Shown here: piece after piece, positions 36,130 through 48,695 of the stretch
Position numbering within the stretch: the stretch's first letter is position 1
Layout: the number at the start of each line of letters is the position of its first letter
NCBI GenBank assembly: GCA_025603075.1
Contig: MU626375.1
Span: forward strand, 1,868 to 65,867
Direction: 5' to 3'
Length of the DNA: 64,000 bases
DNA from: Neoconidiobolus thromboides FSU 785
Lineage: Eukaryota; Fungi; Entomophthoromycota
Program-made: the position numbers and the translations under genes
Notes under the pieces: generated by a model
What the model was told of the DNA's origin: nothing
Seen by the model: the letters and a program-made list of their open reading frames with translations, nothing else
The model's database searches: none

Positions 36130-36423
36130 ATGTTACTACAACTTATAACCTTATATCTATTAATTACCACCACCTTCTCACAATGTCCTTTACCAATTGA
36201 AAAATGTCGTTACCTATCCAATTACCGCTGCCTCCCCACACAGGAACCATGTAGTCCATGTTGGTTACGACCAAAAAGTAAGCATAATCGAAGAGATTAT
36301 TGGAGATGTGTAAGAATGCGAGACAATGGCGAATGTCCAGAGTATCCAGAATTATATGATTTAAAAAAAGATTGTAAGAATATAACGTATCCTAAAGTCC
36401 CTCCTTTGGGAAAGTATTGGTGA
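36130..36423 (+). CDS. Small secreted cysteine-rich protein (97 aa, 8 Cys)
   Basis: Signal peptide MLLQLITLYLLITTTFS; 8 Cys in the mature part; GC content above the flanks. Confidence 0.75.
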   Translation: MLLQLITLYLLITTTFSQCPLPIEKCRYLSNYRCLPTQEPCSPCWLRPKSKHNRRDYWRCVRMRDNGECPEYPELYDLKKDCKNITYPKVPPLGKYW

Positions 36424-37168
36424 ATCGAGAGTGAAAGCGGAAAGGGATGTAAATGGAGGCATAAATGAACGATATCATTTTATAAAGGAATGATGAGGTA
36501 ATTAATTGTGACTGTTTTTGTTTTAATTTTTAAGTTACTAGTTTACTGCCTGGATTTCAGATTTTTTTTATGTTGAAGAAAGGGACCAATTAGAAATGAA
36601 ATAAGTTAATGGGATGAAAACTCAAAAATTATATAAAATTCAACTTTTAGTTTTAATTTAATAAAAAATAATAATATACTAATTATAAAAAGGTATAATA
36701 TTTAACTTTCTTAATTTTTGTTATCTTATTTATTGTTTTTCTATCTCTTGTTTTATAATATATTTTAAAATATATTTAATAAATAAAAAGAAGCTTTATA
36801 AAATCTATTTCTAATAAGTTCAATTTCAAAGAATTTTTCTAATTTATTAGTCAAAAAAATAAAAGGGGTTGAACTAATTAGAAACTTTGATTCTACCTAG
36901 TTAAATTCTAGATTTATTCTATCATAATTAAATATTTAAGTAGAAATAATTAGACTAATTTATTAAATTAGTAATAAGATTATAAGTATATTTTAACAAT
37001 AACTAATTATAAAAATATTAATATTAATAAATGCTATTTAATTATGAATAACTCTGTGTTTTTAGTTTTAGTATAATAAAATATAAAAACAAGTCTAAAA
37101 TGATGTATAGTTTTTAATTAACAACCAATTCTTAAAGTATCACTTTTGCTTCTACATTTAATATAATG

Positions 37169-37275
37169 ATATGGGGATGTTTTTTTTGGTTTTATTACTT
37201 TTTCCATTTTTTAAGTGCTATTTGAGCGGAAAAAGTGTTAGTAAAACTCTCAAATAATAAAATATATCCCCATAT
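37169..37275 (-). mobile_element. MITE copy
   Basis: ATATGGGGATGTTTTTTTTGG...ATATATCCCCATAT. Confidence 0.9.
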
Positions 37276-38068
37276 AATAAGTTTATCAATAGTTATACAA
37301 AAGTAACTGAAATAATAGAACACGTAATATTAAAATGACAGCACAAATATACCATATAACGTGTGGACTCTTTAACAAATTATTTTCATTATTTATGCTA
37401 TTTATAATGGTATTTTATAATAATAAAATATTTTGTTTTTTAAAATACTAGAATAACTTTAATAAAAATCCTTAAGATTAATTATGTAATGAAAACAGGC
37501 TCCAGTTGAATTAATTATATGTGTTATTAGAAACTATTATAATCATTAAATTAAGTAAAAAATAATCCATTTCTACCATATTTAGCTTCGATTATTAGGT
37601 TTATTGTATGTGCTTTTTAAATGAAAAACTATATATAACCAAATATCAAATTATAGTATGATAATATATTGTCACTTAAATAATTAAGCTTGAAAACATA
37701 ACATCATAAGACTTTAAGGCTCTAAAAAAAGAAATAATGGTATTGCTGTTCTTACATAAATAAAAAAAGATTAAAAATTGTAATTGTATAATATTATCAT
37801 CAACTTTAGAAGATTAGTTTTTAATATTTCTATCTAATATATTTTATATTTAATAACAAATAATAAATAAATCCTTCATTTGCTCTGGTTTATAATATAA
37901 ACTAAAGATAATTATTTCATCATAAAATTACTGTGACTAATGATCATAGTCAAAGAGCCATCATATTTTAAATATTTTAATAATATTTTTTTTTAATAAA
38001 AAGACGATTAACCAGACTTGCAATACAATTAAGTACTAAATCTAAAATAATAACAATTCAAAGTAATT

Positions 38069-38175
38069 ACATGGGGATGATTTTTTTTGATTTCATTATT
38101 TTTTCCATCTTTAAGCACTATTTGGGCGGAAAGATTGTTAATAAAATTCTTAAACACAAAAGTACATCTCCATAT
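38069..38175 (-). mobile_element. MITE copy
   Basis: ATGGGGATGATTTTTTTTG...GTACATCTCCATAT. Confidence 0.9.
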
Positions 38176-38362
38176 GATCTAAAATAACCTAAGTTTTATT
38201 TGAACGTATCCTTTTATTTAACAAGGCATCAAGTAATTTAATGTTGAATATTTATATCATTTTCAAAACACTTGAATTGATATTATTTTATAAGCTAGCT
38301 ATAAAATCGAATAATATAAATACCCTTGTTCTACAAATATTATGATTATAAACTCAGAATGA

Positions 38363-38992
38363 ATAGTTTCATTATTCATTGTTAATACACCTATTGACAT
38401 TGCTGCTATAGCTTCAGTTAATCCAAAAGGAATTAAAGTAAGTAGATGACAATCAGATATTAATTGGAATAGCATCAAATCAAATAAAGTTGAATTTGCT
38501 TATACCAAAGCTACTGAAAATACTACATATAAGAGTCCTAAGTTTGGTTCACAATAGACAAATGCTACTAAAGTAGGCTTGACTCGTGGAAGTTATTACT
38601 TTGATCGTCCTGTTGATTCATCAAGTGTTGCACAAACCAATTATTTTGTGGCTAATAGAGATGGTTAGAGTGCTGATGGGATAAGTTTACCAGGCACTCT
38701 TGGCCTTGAAGCTGGTTGTATTGGTTTATCCCATGCTAGTATGGTTAATTGGATTAAATATTTTAGTACTATTTATCATTCCAAAACTAGTAGACGTCCA
38801 GTGATTTATATTATTACAGATTGGTGCATTGAATGTACTAGTAACCTTTCTACTTTTTCTAGCGACAAACCGTTATGAGTTTCTCATTGGGAAAGTCCGC
38901 CGGGTATTTCACCGAATGGTTGGGCTTATCATATTTTTTGGGAATATACTGGTATAGGATCAAACACTGGTGATCAAGATAACTTCACTTAA
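38363..38992 (+). pseudogene. GH25 (Chalaropsis-type) lysozyme/muramidase pseudogene
   Basis: Unbroken 210-codon frame: KGIKVSR*Q...INW...FAYTKATE...G*SADG.SLPG.LGLE...RPVIY...FWEY...GDQD; stops at 38447, 38555, 38666, 38876. Confidence 0.9.
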
Positions 38993-39820
38993 AAGATTTA
39001 CTATTACATGATAAAGATTATAGTTAAATATCCATTTTTTAAAAATTTTGTATTTCATTAAGTTATTTATTCATACTTAAAACGTATATACTATTTATTC
39101 GTATTATAATGTTTATATGATCCCTTTCAAGCTTTACATAAATTTAGTATTTATTAATCAAATGTAATAATCCTAAGGTACTGTTTATTTCAATCCCAAG
39201 TCTTATAAATGTATAATAGCGTTATAAAATTTAAATGGGTAAATGCCTTTACCTTAAATTATGAAGGTTGTTTTTAACCATAAAAAAATCAAAGTTGTTC
39301 AGCTCTATAATCACCTAAAATAGTCTCTCTCTCTTTTCGTACTTATTAATTGTAAATATTTTATAATTATCTTAAAGCGTTAAATAGTGTCTAATAATCT
39401 GGATAAAAGAGTTATAAAATAACCAACTCAATATTATAGTTCTATATTGTTTATGAATCTTGAAATATTGAGTTGCTAAATCTTTAAAAAATGATTTTCC
39501 TCCTATTTTGACATGAATAATGAAAAACTGTAACTTACTAAATTTAGCCCTAAAAAATTATGCAAATGTTCTTTTAGTTATACCTCTAATTAATGTTTTT
39601 TAAAATTTTATGTTATATAAAAAGTAGACAAATGCTGAGATTAAAGTCGCTTCCTTATTAGCAAACTGAGTGCTTTTATCACAAGCTTAGTCATTATTGA
39701 TTTTTATTATTCTTTTACCTTATATTATAAACATTCATTCATTCATTCACAGCTTAAATTTACTGTATTTCAACAAACTAAAAATCAAATTAAACAAACA
39801 TAAAAATAATTTATTATAAA

Positions 39821-41670
39821 CTAAACAATATTAGTTTTTTGAAGGAAAGGAACCCATTCATTCTCGTATTGAATCCAATGTCCTGGATCCCTACTAATCA
39901 TAGCTAAATGATCCCAACAAATCTTTTGTCTTTTCCCAGGATAAAAGCCAGCAGTTTCTTGGACATCGGATCCATGAATATATTTAATGCAAAGTGGACA
40001 GTCATCATTTGGTGCAACATAATCATGACTAAATTTCTGTGGTCGAGGTGTCATTAACTTTATAGCTGGATCTTGATATTCCAACCTTAAAGTACCGAGA
40101 TCAATAAGACCATTAATTCGATCCTTAATATAATTAACATCCAATATTGGGCGTCCAATTAAATTTAATTCAACTTGATTTCTTTTCTCCTCTTTTCTTG
40201 CCTCTCTTTCTTCATACTCCTCCTCTCTATCTACACTTTCATGGAAGGTTACCCTTTTTTTACATATGTTATACCTTTTTTCTTTAACCAAACATGACTT
40301 TAATTTTATTTCTATTAAAATATTAATTAATTAATGCATGATTTTCATATTATCTTACCTTTTTTAACTGTAATTTTAATTTTTCCGTCAACTCCGTGAC
40401 CATTTTTTTCTCCATTAATACCACCTTGATCAATTTTTCTCTCATTAGAGTTTGGCCTATCTGAGCTCATTCTCTGAGTATTTTTATAGTTGGACTCATT
40501 TTGATTAGTTGAAGTAAAGTGGGTTGGAGAAATGGATCCATCTTTAAGAGATACATTATCAGCAACAAACTTCTCAAAGATGCCTTTAATTTGAACGTTG
40601 AATTGCTTAAACATAGATTTACTGGGGCTTAAACTTTGAATAGTATCTGATACAGTTTTTACATCCGAATCTCCTTTTTTATACATTTCTAGTTTAACTT
40701 TTTTAGTAATTAATGTGTTCTCTTCTTCATATTGTGATATTCTTTTTTTATGCTCAAGTTCTCTTTTATGAGGCAAAATATGTTTCTTTATTATTTCAAG
40801 TACATTTGGAATTTCCGCATCTTTAAGATAAGCTGAATAAATCTTTGGTCTTCGAATTACGTGTTGATGTAATGCCCTATTAGTCTTGCAACGAGTATTT
40901 CGCTTTTGATTAGTATTGAAGCTCTGGTAAAGTTCATAGGCCCTATTTACGTTTTTACGACAATAGGAATGATAAACTATACTACCTGCTTGTCGAATCA
41001 AGAGCGCTTTGTCATCAAATGATTTTATTATCATCTGATCAATTTTCATATGGTTCATTTCAATAAAATCATCATCAGCAAGCTTGATAATATACTCAAG
41101 TAAGAACACATACCTCAACCGGAGATTAGGACATTTAATAGAGAAACCAGATTCAACGTATCTGAATATTAATTCCTTATTATTCATGAACTCCAATTCC
41201 ATAAAGTAAATGAGAAACTGATAGCACGTTCCAATGCTGGCATTATAGTTTTCCACTTTATAAAAATCCTTATTAAGTGCAAAAAAGAGACATTTAAATA
41301 ATATATAAATATGAACTTTAATAAGGTCATAATAATCTTCATACAAAATGAATATAAACCTTAAAGCATATAAATTAAATACTTCATCTTCACACCTTAT
41401 CATCTTTCCTATAGCTTTAACTATTAATTCGATATATTTTTCATAATTAGGATACGTCTTAATAACACCATGTTTAAAATAAGCTTCAAGGGTCAAAAAT
41501 ATCATCCTATAGATCCCAGAGTGAATGTCAACAATACTTTCATAAAATCTATTAAATGTATCTAAAAGCTTTGTGACATCATCTTTTTCTTTTTGAGTGG
41601 TAATAGCACGAAAGCATGTTGGTCTAGTGTTGACTTCTACCGCAAGATCAAATTGGTTTTGTATAGACAT
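39821..41670 (-). CDS. CLASP-N/TOG(HEAT)-like protein with a C-terminal LKSCL...KRVTF; exons 41670-40359 and 40311-39821
   Basis: 47-nt GTAAGA...TAATAG intron joins the two track ORFs in frame; helical segment IIKSFDDKALLIRQAG...RAYELY resembles the end of CLASP_N. The 5' end is uncertain. Confidence 0.6.
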
Positions 41671-43481
41671 TTGAAACAAAACTAAACTGTTTTTTTCTTA
41701 CACCTGTTCTATAATTTATTCTCATCTTCGGATTGCTTTAATTGATTCTATCCAATTACATTAAAAAAGCTGTAATCGTAATAGATTAAACAAATCATTT
41801 GTTAAAGTTAAATGGTCAGGGATATAACGTTTTAACCCATAATAATAGTTAACTAAAAACATTAATATTTCATTTTGTTAGTTTTGAACTTATTTTATAG
41901 AATGTAATATAAAACTATTATTTTAATATGATATAAAATAGCAGATAAATATATATCTTCATCTACTTTAAATATGTTTATAAATATGAAGTATTATTCA
42001 AATGTAGAACCTTAAAATTGTTATTTAAAAGCAAAGTAACTATTGGTCAAAATGAGATTAATGTAATATTCAAAAAAAACTTTCAATTTAACTAGAATAA
42101 ATATTGGAGATAATTTGGGTAAAATTCCGGTATAAAAAGGTCAATAACCCTTCAAAGTCAACCAATGATACTTATATATTTATATTAAATATGTCAATGA
42201 CGATATATGATTATATACTACCCAAGTAATTTTCATCCTATCTAGTTATTCACTCCACATGATTAAAAATAGCTTTTAATTTTTTTTAAAGCCTATTTAT
42301 AAACAACTTAATAATTCAGTTACTCCTAAAACACTTTTCTATCACTAAATTTATAACTCTGTCTTACAGCGTATATTTTATGATATAACTAATTTCCTTT
42401 AACCAGAACAAATTGCTATCTAAAGAGTTAATTGTTTTAAAATTGCGAGAATACTGAAACCAAATATCAAAGACAACAGCTGTGCGCCAAGAAAAGGTTA
42501 CAAATTCCTAGTTTCTTTGATATCTGTTATTTTATTTAGAAAATAAAACAAACTTAATATATTTTTACGTAGAGATAGGGGTATCATGATTGAAACTTGT
42601 AGTAAAAAGGACAAATACTTATAAAGGGGGTTTATTCTTTTAAAAATATAAGTTTTGAACATATAGCGTGAATCATTAAATAATTTAGATGGCATAATTG
42701 ATCCATGTTTTTACGTTTTAAACCTATTCTAAGTCCTGATAAATGCAGTTCTATTACTATGATAAATAATTATTAAGCTATTTAAGTAAAATGAATACGT
42801 ATTTTATATTTTATTTTTAGCTTTATAAACTGAAAGAATTTTGAAAAACTATATTGAATATAACTGAGTAATTCAAATACTTTTAAATTATAAACTATAA
42901 AGAAAACTACAAGTAAAGCTTTGGACTAAAGTTTACCTAATCAGCTTTATTAACATCCTCTTAAACCGGGCTATTGAGAGCTCTATTATTTATCCATTCT
43001 CAATATAACCACTAGATAATAAAGTTTTCAGCTTTCAAAATAAAGTGGAAATGAAACTAGCTAAGAGAACTTCCAATTAAAATAATATCAAGGACTAACC
43101 ATAGCATTTAATATGTATTATAGTAACTATCATATTATTAGTTTTCCAGAAGTTCGAAATATTTAAATTAAAAGATTATATAAACAATGAAGTGTCTTTT
43201 TGATTATTTCGAAATATTTATATTGTAAACTATTATTGTATTTTTACTTAATGAAATCAGTACAATGTTGATATGAGGTAAAAATGGAGGATATGTAATA
43301 ATTAGAAAAAGAACATTATTTAGGTGGAATCAGATATTCACTATCATCCGATTACTTCATGACGTTCAACAAGGAAGTATTTACATTAAGTTTAAAAAAA
43401 GATTTCAAATTATTTGCAAATGTAGCACTATCGAAAAGAAGGAACAGAATCAATACTCTATTGGGATTATCAAATGGGAAT

Positions 43482-43589
43482 ATATTGGGAGTGTTTTTTT
43501 TGGCTTCATTACTTTTTCCATCTTTTAAGCGCTATTTGCGTGGAAAATTTGGTAATAAAATTCTTAAACACAAAAATACATCCTCGTAT
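43482..43589 (-). mobile_element. MITE copy
   Basis: ATATTGGGAGTGTTTTTTTTGGC...AATACATCCTCGTAT; accounts for the middle of track ORF 43359..43628. Confidence 0.9.
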
Positions 43590-44295
43590 TTAGTATTGGA
43601 AATGAAAAGGAACATAAAACAATATTAGGTTTTTATTACAACATGGGTAATCTAGGGCCTGTTTTAAATTGTCTTGGCACTAGAGATGATAAATGGTGTG
43701 ACGGATGTATTATAACAGGGATATATAGCGGATTTAATGTATCAATTGTAAATATTGGGTTTCATACACAAGAATGTTCTACATCACAGAATAAAAAAAA
43801 TTTAACTCGATTTTATATTTCTAGATCCTTTCACTACTCTGGGTCAAGCATAGTTATAATACTCTTAAACTAATTTGATATTAAAATAAAGTAGCTAAAA
43901 GTAATCTATACCCCAATAAGAAATGTTTATTTTAAATGATAATTTATATTACTTCGAAATACCAATAAGTAGACAATCAAGTACAGCCCATGATTAAAAA
44001 CTTCACATAAATTAAATTTAAAAGTACATGCTACGAAGGCATATATACTGAATTTAAAAGGTTATTTTTAGTGTGGATTTCCAAAACTAGACTGATTAAT
44101 TTATTTTATCAGATTAGAAGAAATAAAGAAAGTAATCGAGATTTACACATTAAAATTTGACCTATTTTTGTTTGAAAAAGTTAATACAAATCATATTCAA
44201 TCATCGGGGATGCTTTGCTAGATATAAAACCTATACAATAAAAAAACTAGGTAATCAACTTGGTAATATTAATGCTGGGGTGCTTCAGAAAATAC

Positions 44296-44400
44296 ATATA
44301 GGCATGTATTTTTGTATTTAAGAATTTTATTAACAGTTTTTTCACTCAAATAGCGTTTAAAAGATGGAAAAAATAATGAAGCCAAAAAAACATCCCCATA
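44296..44400 (+). mobile_element. MITE copy
   Basis: ATATAGGCATGTATTTTTG...AAACATCCCCATA. Confidence 0.9.
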
Positions 44401-46186
44401 CAAAACTTTGGTACCAGGCACAAACAGTCCAAAAACCCTTTATGATTTGCCTTTATTTAAAGAAAAAGAGATCAGTAATAATGAAGATAATAATAGTCAA
44501 TAGTAATAAATAAGATGATAATAGTAAGTTATCAGTGGAATAGGCGATATTAAGAACAATGAGAGAAATCGGGTGACTTGTTTTAATAATAACAAATATA
44601 ATATTTATAATCTACAAATGTAACCCGGAAAAAGAAAAATCCCTAACCATTATTACTGAATCTGTCTTTATTTAGCCAATTGATTTATTGCATACTAAGA
44701 ATAATTACTACTATAATACCGATGCATTTGCTTATCGTATATAACCTAAAGTAAACTTCACTTCAGTAGCGTTCAAAAAAGCTCATGTCAAAGGTGTAAG
44801 GGGTATGAGTATGATTAGAGAAAAATGTCATTGATATCAAAACTGTCAGTTTCGAATAAGATCAATATATATAAAAAGTTTTAAAATTTAAGCTGTTAAT
44901 GTAAGATGCTTAGATAGTCATTATTGATATAAAGTTTTAAAGTTTTCTTTTCAAAATAAAGTTTTTTATAATAGTATATACAAATACTTTCGTTTAAGAA
45001 TTCAATAAAAAAATAACTTTTGAGTTAAAAAATGAATAAAATATTGGCACTATAAATATATCCGCAAGAGCTCAAATAAAAATAATAAAAATATTACTAT
45101 TAAAAGGTGAATGTGATAGGTAATAAATCAAGTTACTTTATATATTTATTTACTACAATAATATGTTAACTGAATGAATTGGATGAGAATAACTTTATCT
45201 TGGATATAAAAATCAAACAAAAGTAGAAAATTACAAAAAGTATGGAAATATTTGTCTAAATTTAAATTAATAAGTTTAGCAACAAATTAAAGAATAAAGT
45301 ATTAATATACATCAAACAAGAAAACAAAATGAACCTTCCAAGGAAAAGTATAAATACAGTTTATAAAAAAAAATAAATCCTTTTTTAAATGTAAAATGAC
45401 AGCCGAAATTTGGTATTTTATCAAACGTATTCCTAGATTAAGTACCTCGATTATTGAATTTAAGAAAATGACAACTTTACAAGAGTATGGTTATTGCTAT
45501 TGAAACACACTCTGAGCTTTGCTATTTATAATGTAAGTTAATTCAAATCAAATAAGAAGATAGCAAAAATAAAGGGCATAAAAGAGTCAAAGAACCAATT
45601 TGAAATGAGAATTTAATTAATGGCGAGTACCACCTTGAACGAAAGCAGTTTAAGGGAAATTAGAAACATCAACGTCAGATCAAGAACCAAAAGTCACTTA
45701 ATAGCAGTTACGTTTTAGCTTAATGTAAGTTTATACAGGAAACTGGAGCACATTCCTTAACATCGTTATCTCAGGGTTTTTAGTATGTTATTTATTTTTA
45801 AATACCTGTAAACTCTGAATAGTCCTTCTAACATAGCCAAGATATCATGCAAAAATCAGCTATAAACTTAGCTAGATTATCATCCTTTTATTTATTTCAC
45901 ATGACAAAAAAGAGTCAAACTCAATATGTATTCGGTTAAATCAAATATATTTTAGACTAAAGCAAGCTGGAATTTAAACAGTCAATCAAGTATCTTAGCG
46001 GCTTTGAAGATTTGATGAAAATAATACAGATATTCTTATTATTATATTTGTAGGGTTGCCTTTGAGTAAGTGTGTTTTAAAATATTATAATCCTACTCCA
46101 AGCTTTATTGTCTATGAAAATGTCTTTTTGCCAGCAGATCAATTTTTGCTCATTTTTGAACATGCATTTACTAAAAGTAGAAGATA

Positions 46187-46292
46187 GAATGGGGATGTAT
46201 TTTTATGTTTAAGAATTTTAATAACAATTTTTCCGCTTAAATAGCGCTTAAAAATGAAAAAGATAATGAAGTCAAAAAACACTCCTAAATAT
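46187..46292 (+). mobile_element. MITE copy
   Basis: ATGGGGATGTATTTTTATG...AAAACACTCCTA. Confidence 0.9.
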
Positions 46293-46369
46293 TATTGACA
46301 TATAGTAAGCAAATTCAAAAATAAATTTTTCTTTTTTGCAAATTAAGCACTTACCTAATTAGATGCAAC

Positions 46370-48097
46370 ATGGAAAAAAGAGCTTATCGGTGCGATCAAT
46401 GTACAAAAAGACATGTAAAATGTGACAAGCTAACTCCCAAATGTACGACTTGTACTAGGCGTAAAGAGGATTGTACATTAAATCGAGTAATAATTTATAA
46501 TAGGAAGAAAGATTTTACAACAGAAAAGTTTTCAAGATCAAAAGGGAATAACAAAATTGAAAGTATAGTATATTCTATCAAATACAATAGCGACTTGATT
46601 CAAACTACATCTCAAAAGTTTATTACCAATAAAGTAATAAAAATTTTAAAGCATCCAAAAGATCACACGTCTCTATACCCAGTTTTAGCGATATTTCATA
46701 GGTTTACTAGGAAAAGTTCTTTGGAAAATTTAATGACTTTGACCCAGAACCCTTCTCCATTTACGCGTAGCATAGACATTTCAATATTTGTTAACCTTGC
46801 AGAAAAATTACAAGCTCATGTTCGAAGGCCAAAGCTTAAAAAGATACCTTTGGAAGTGCCAAGAGAAGCTAAAGTAGATATAGCTCCAATCCTAAAGGAA
46901 GCAATAGCAAATTATTTTAAGTACAACAATACCTTTTTTCCATTGTTTATTGAGGAAGAATTTAATTTTTCACAATGTCCTTTTTATTTGAAATTAGCTA
47001 TTTTATCATGTGGACTTGTGTGGATGGAACAAACAAAAACTGTACAAAATTTATCAAAGTATTTCGAGGGAAAGTTATTTGAGTATTTACATATAGTTTA
47101 TCGAATCAACCCAACTTTAGAGAATATACAAGTGTTACTAATTACAGTTACAAGCTTAACATCATTTTCATGGGTATGTAGCCTTTATGTTTCATTTATT
47201 GATCATTGCTACAGGATTTCATCTATACTGTCATTACATTCAAATCCAAAATTTTTAAAGCAAAAATGTAAAATTGAGCGCAGTTTTGCATACTGTTTAT
47301 TAAGTGTTTTTTATTGTGGAGCATTAATGGTTTTTGGATCTTTTGTTACACTACCTAATATTGCTATAGAACTACTAAATTTGGAAAAAGAATACAAACT
47401 AAAAGTATTTAGTGGACACACTAAGTATCCATTTGATGATTTAGAAATTAAAAGATATTACTCTCTAAAATTAATCCAATTTTATAATGAACTATGTTTT
47501 ATTTTATTCCCACTTCGCTTATTAAAAGAAAGATGTATGAAGCAGGCAATAACTGAGGTTGAGCTTGCATCAAGTTCATTTAAGATAATAAGCTCAATAA
47601 CGAAAGTAAGAGTCAAGTATATAGATTTTTTTGGCAACATCTTCTTATTTACAAAGAAATCGAGTTTATATGAAATGGCTAAAGACCTTCAAAATTGTGT
47701 TAATTTCTTCTATCACTATATACGCTTTTTCGTTTATTCATTTCAATTTTATTTTCCAAAATATAGGAATCATATTGAAAAGAAGGATAAAAATATAGTG
47801 ATAATGGAACCTTGGAATGGAAAAGATTATGCTAAGCTTACTCTTTCAGAATGTTATTCAATAATTGATTTTGCATATTTACTTTCACATAAATACGTAC
47901 TTACTTTAGACTGTTCTCAAATCTCTATTTGCTTGGTTTTTATGCTAAGATATGGTGGAAGCAATGAGCAATGTAAAATAAAACTCCAGAAAGGATTAAA
48001 GTTACTCCAATATTTATCCACATTTCCTTGTAGTGCAACTATAAGCAAGCTTAATTTAAACTTATATGGAACTATATCTAATGATTTAAAGAAATAA
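46370..48097 (+). CDS. Zn(II)2Cys6 transcription factor, intronless long family
   Basis: CDQCTKRHVKCDKLTPKCTTCTRRKEDC plus the shared family motifs. Confidence 0.9.
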   Translation: MEKRAYRCDQCTKRHVKCDKLTPKCTTCTRRKEDCTLNRVIIYNRKKDFTTEKFSRSKGNNKIESIVYSIKYNSDLIQTTSQKFITNKVIKILKHPKDHTSLYPVLAIFHRFTRKSSLENLMTLTQNPSPFTRSIDISIFVNLAEKLQAHVRRPKLKKIPLEVPREAKVDIAPILKEAIANYFKYNNTFFPLFIEEEFNFSQCPFYLKLAILSCGLVWMEQTKTVQNLSKYFEGKLFEYLHIVYRINPTLENIQVLLITVTSLTSFSWVCSLYVSFIDHCYRISSILSLHSNPKFLKQKCKIERSFAYCLLSVFYCGALMVFGSFVTLPNIAIELLNLEKEYKLKVFSGHTKYPFDDLEIKRYYSLKLIQFYNELCFILFPLRLLKERCMKQAITEVELASSSFKIISSITKVRVKYIDFFGNIFLFTKKSSLYEMAKDLQNCVNFFYHYIRFFVYSFQFYFPKYRNHIEKKDKNIVIMEPWNGKDYAKLTLSECYSIIDFAYLLSHKYVLTLDCSQISICLVFMLRYGGSNEQCKIKLQKGLKLLQYLSTFPCSATISKLNLNLYGTISNDLKK

Positions 48098-48439
48098 CTT
48101 TCCATAATAAATAGATGTCAAATATTGTTACTTTATAATTAACTTTCTGAAATGTAGTTTATTTTTTAAGAGTTAAATTTAAGTATTTAATTAAATAACA
48201 CTTCCTATGAATTATGTCAATCAATACAAAAACTCATGTAGATGTATGATGATCATTTTTTATAGGTGTAGCTTTTATAACATATTCAAACGAAGTTTTA
48301 ATGCTTTTTGTATAATGCAATGCTCTAAATAAAATATAAACTATCCTGTTAAATAATAGATTTTACTTACAAAAACGAAACATTTATGAAATATTTGTAC
48401 ATGTTCCATATAGATTTTAAATAATAATCGCTTTAATAA

Positions 48440-48539
48440 ATATGGGGATGTACTTTTTTGTTTAGAATTTTACTAGCAATTTTTCCACTCAAATAGCGCT
48501 TAAAAAACAAAAAGTAATAAAACCAAAACATCCCCGTAT
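48440..48539 (+). mobile_element. MITE copy
   Basis: ATATGGGGATGTAC...AAAACATCCCCGTAT. Confidence 0.9.
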
Positions 48540-48695
48540 ATTTATTTAATTGGCTAAATTTTATAGTGACTAATTATAATTTAACTTTTTTTGTAACCAA
48601 AGTTTCATTTTTATAATTGCGTAGCAAATAGGATTTATTCAAGTTATATACATGCTATATAGTATATTATTTTGGTCTTGCATGTTTTTAGGCTT

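Noticed and set aside
43270-43873. PH-like frame (GYVIIRKRTLFRW) before the MITE and an ORF after it, as one interrupted gene
   Set aside because: Removing the MITE does not restore a common frame, and the similarity is too weak
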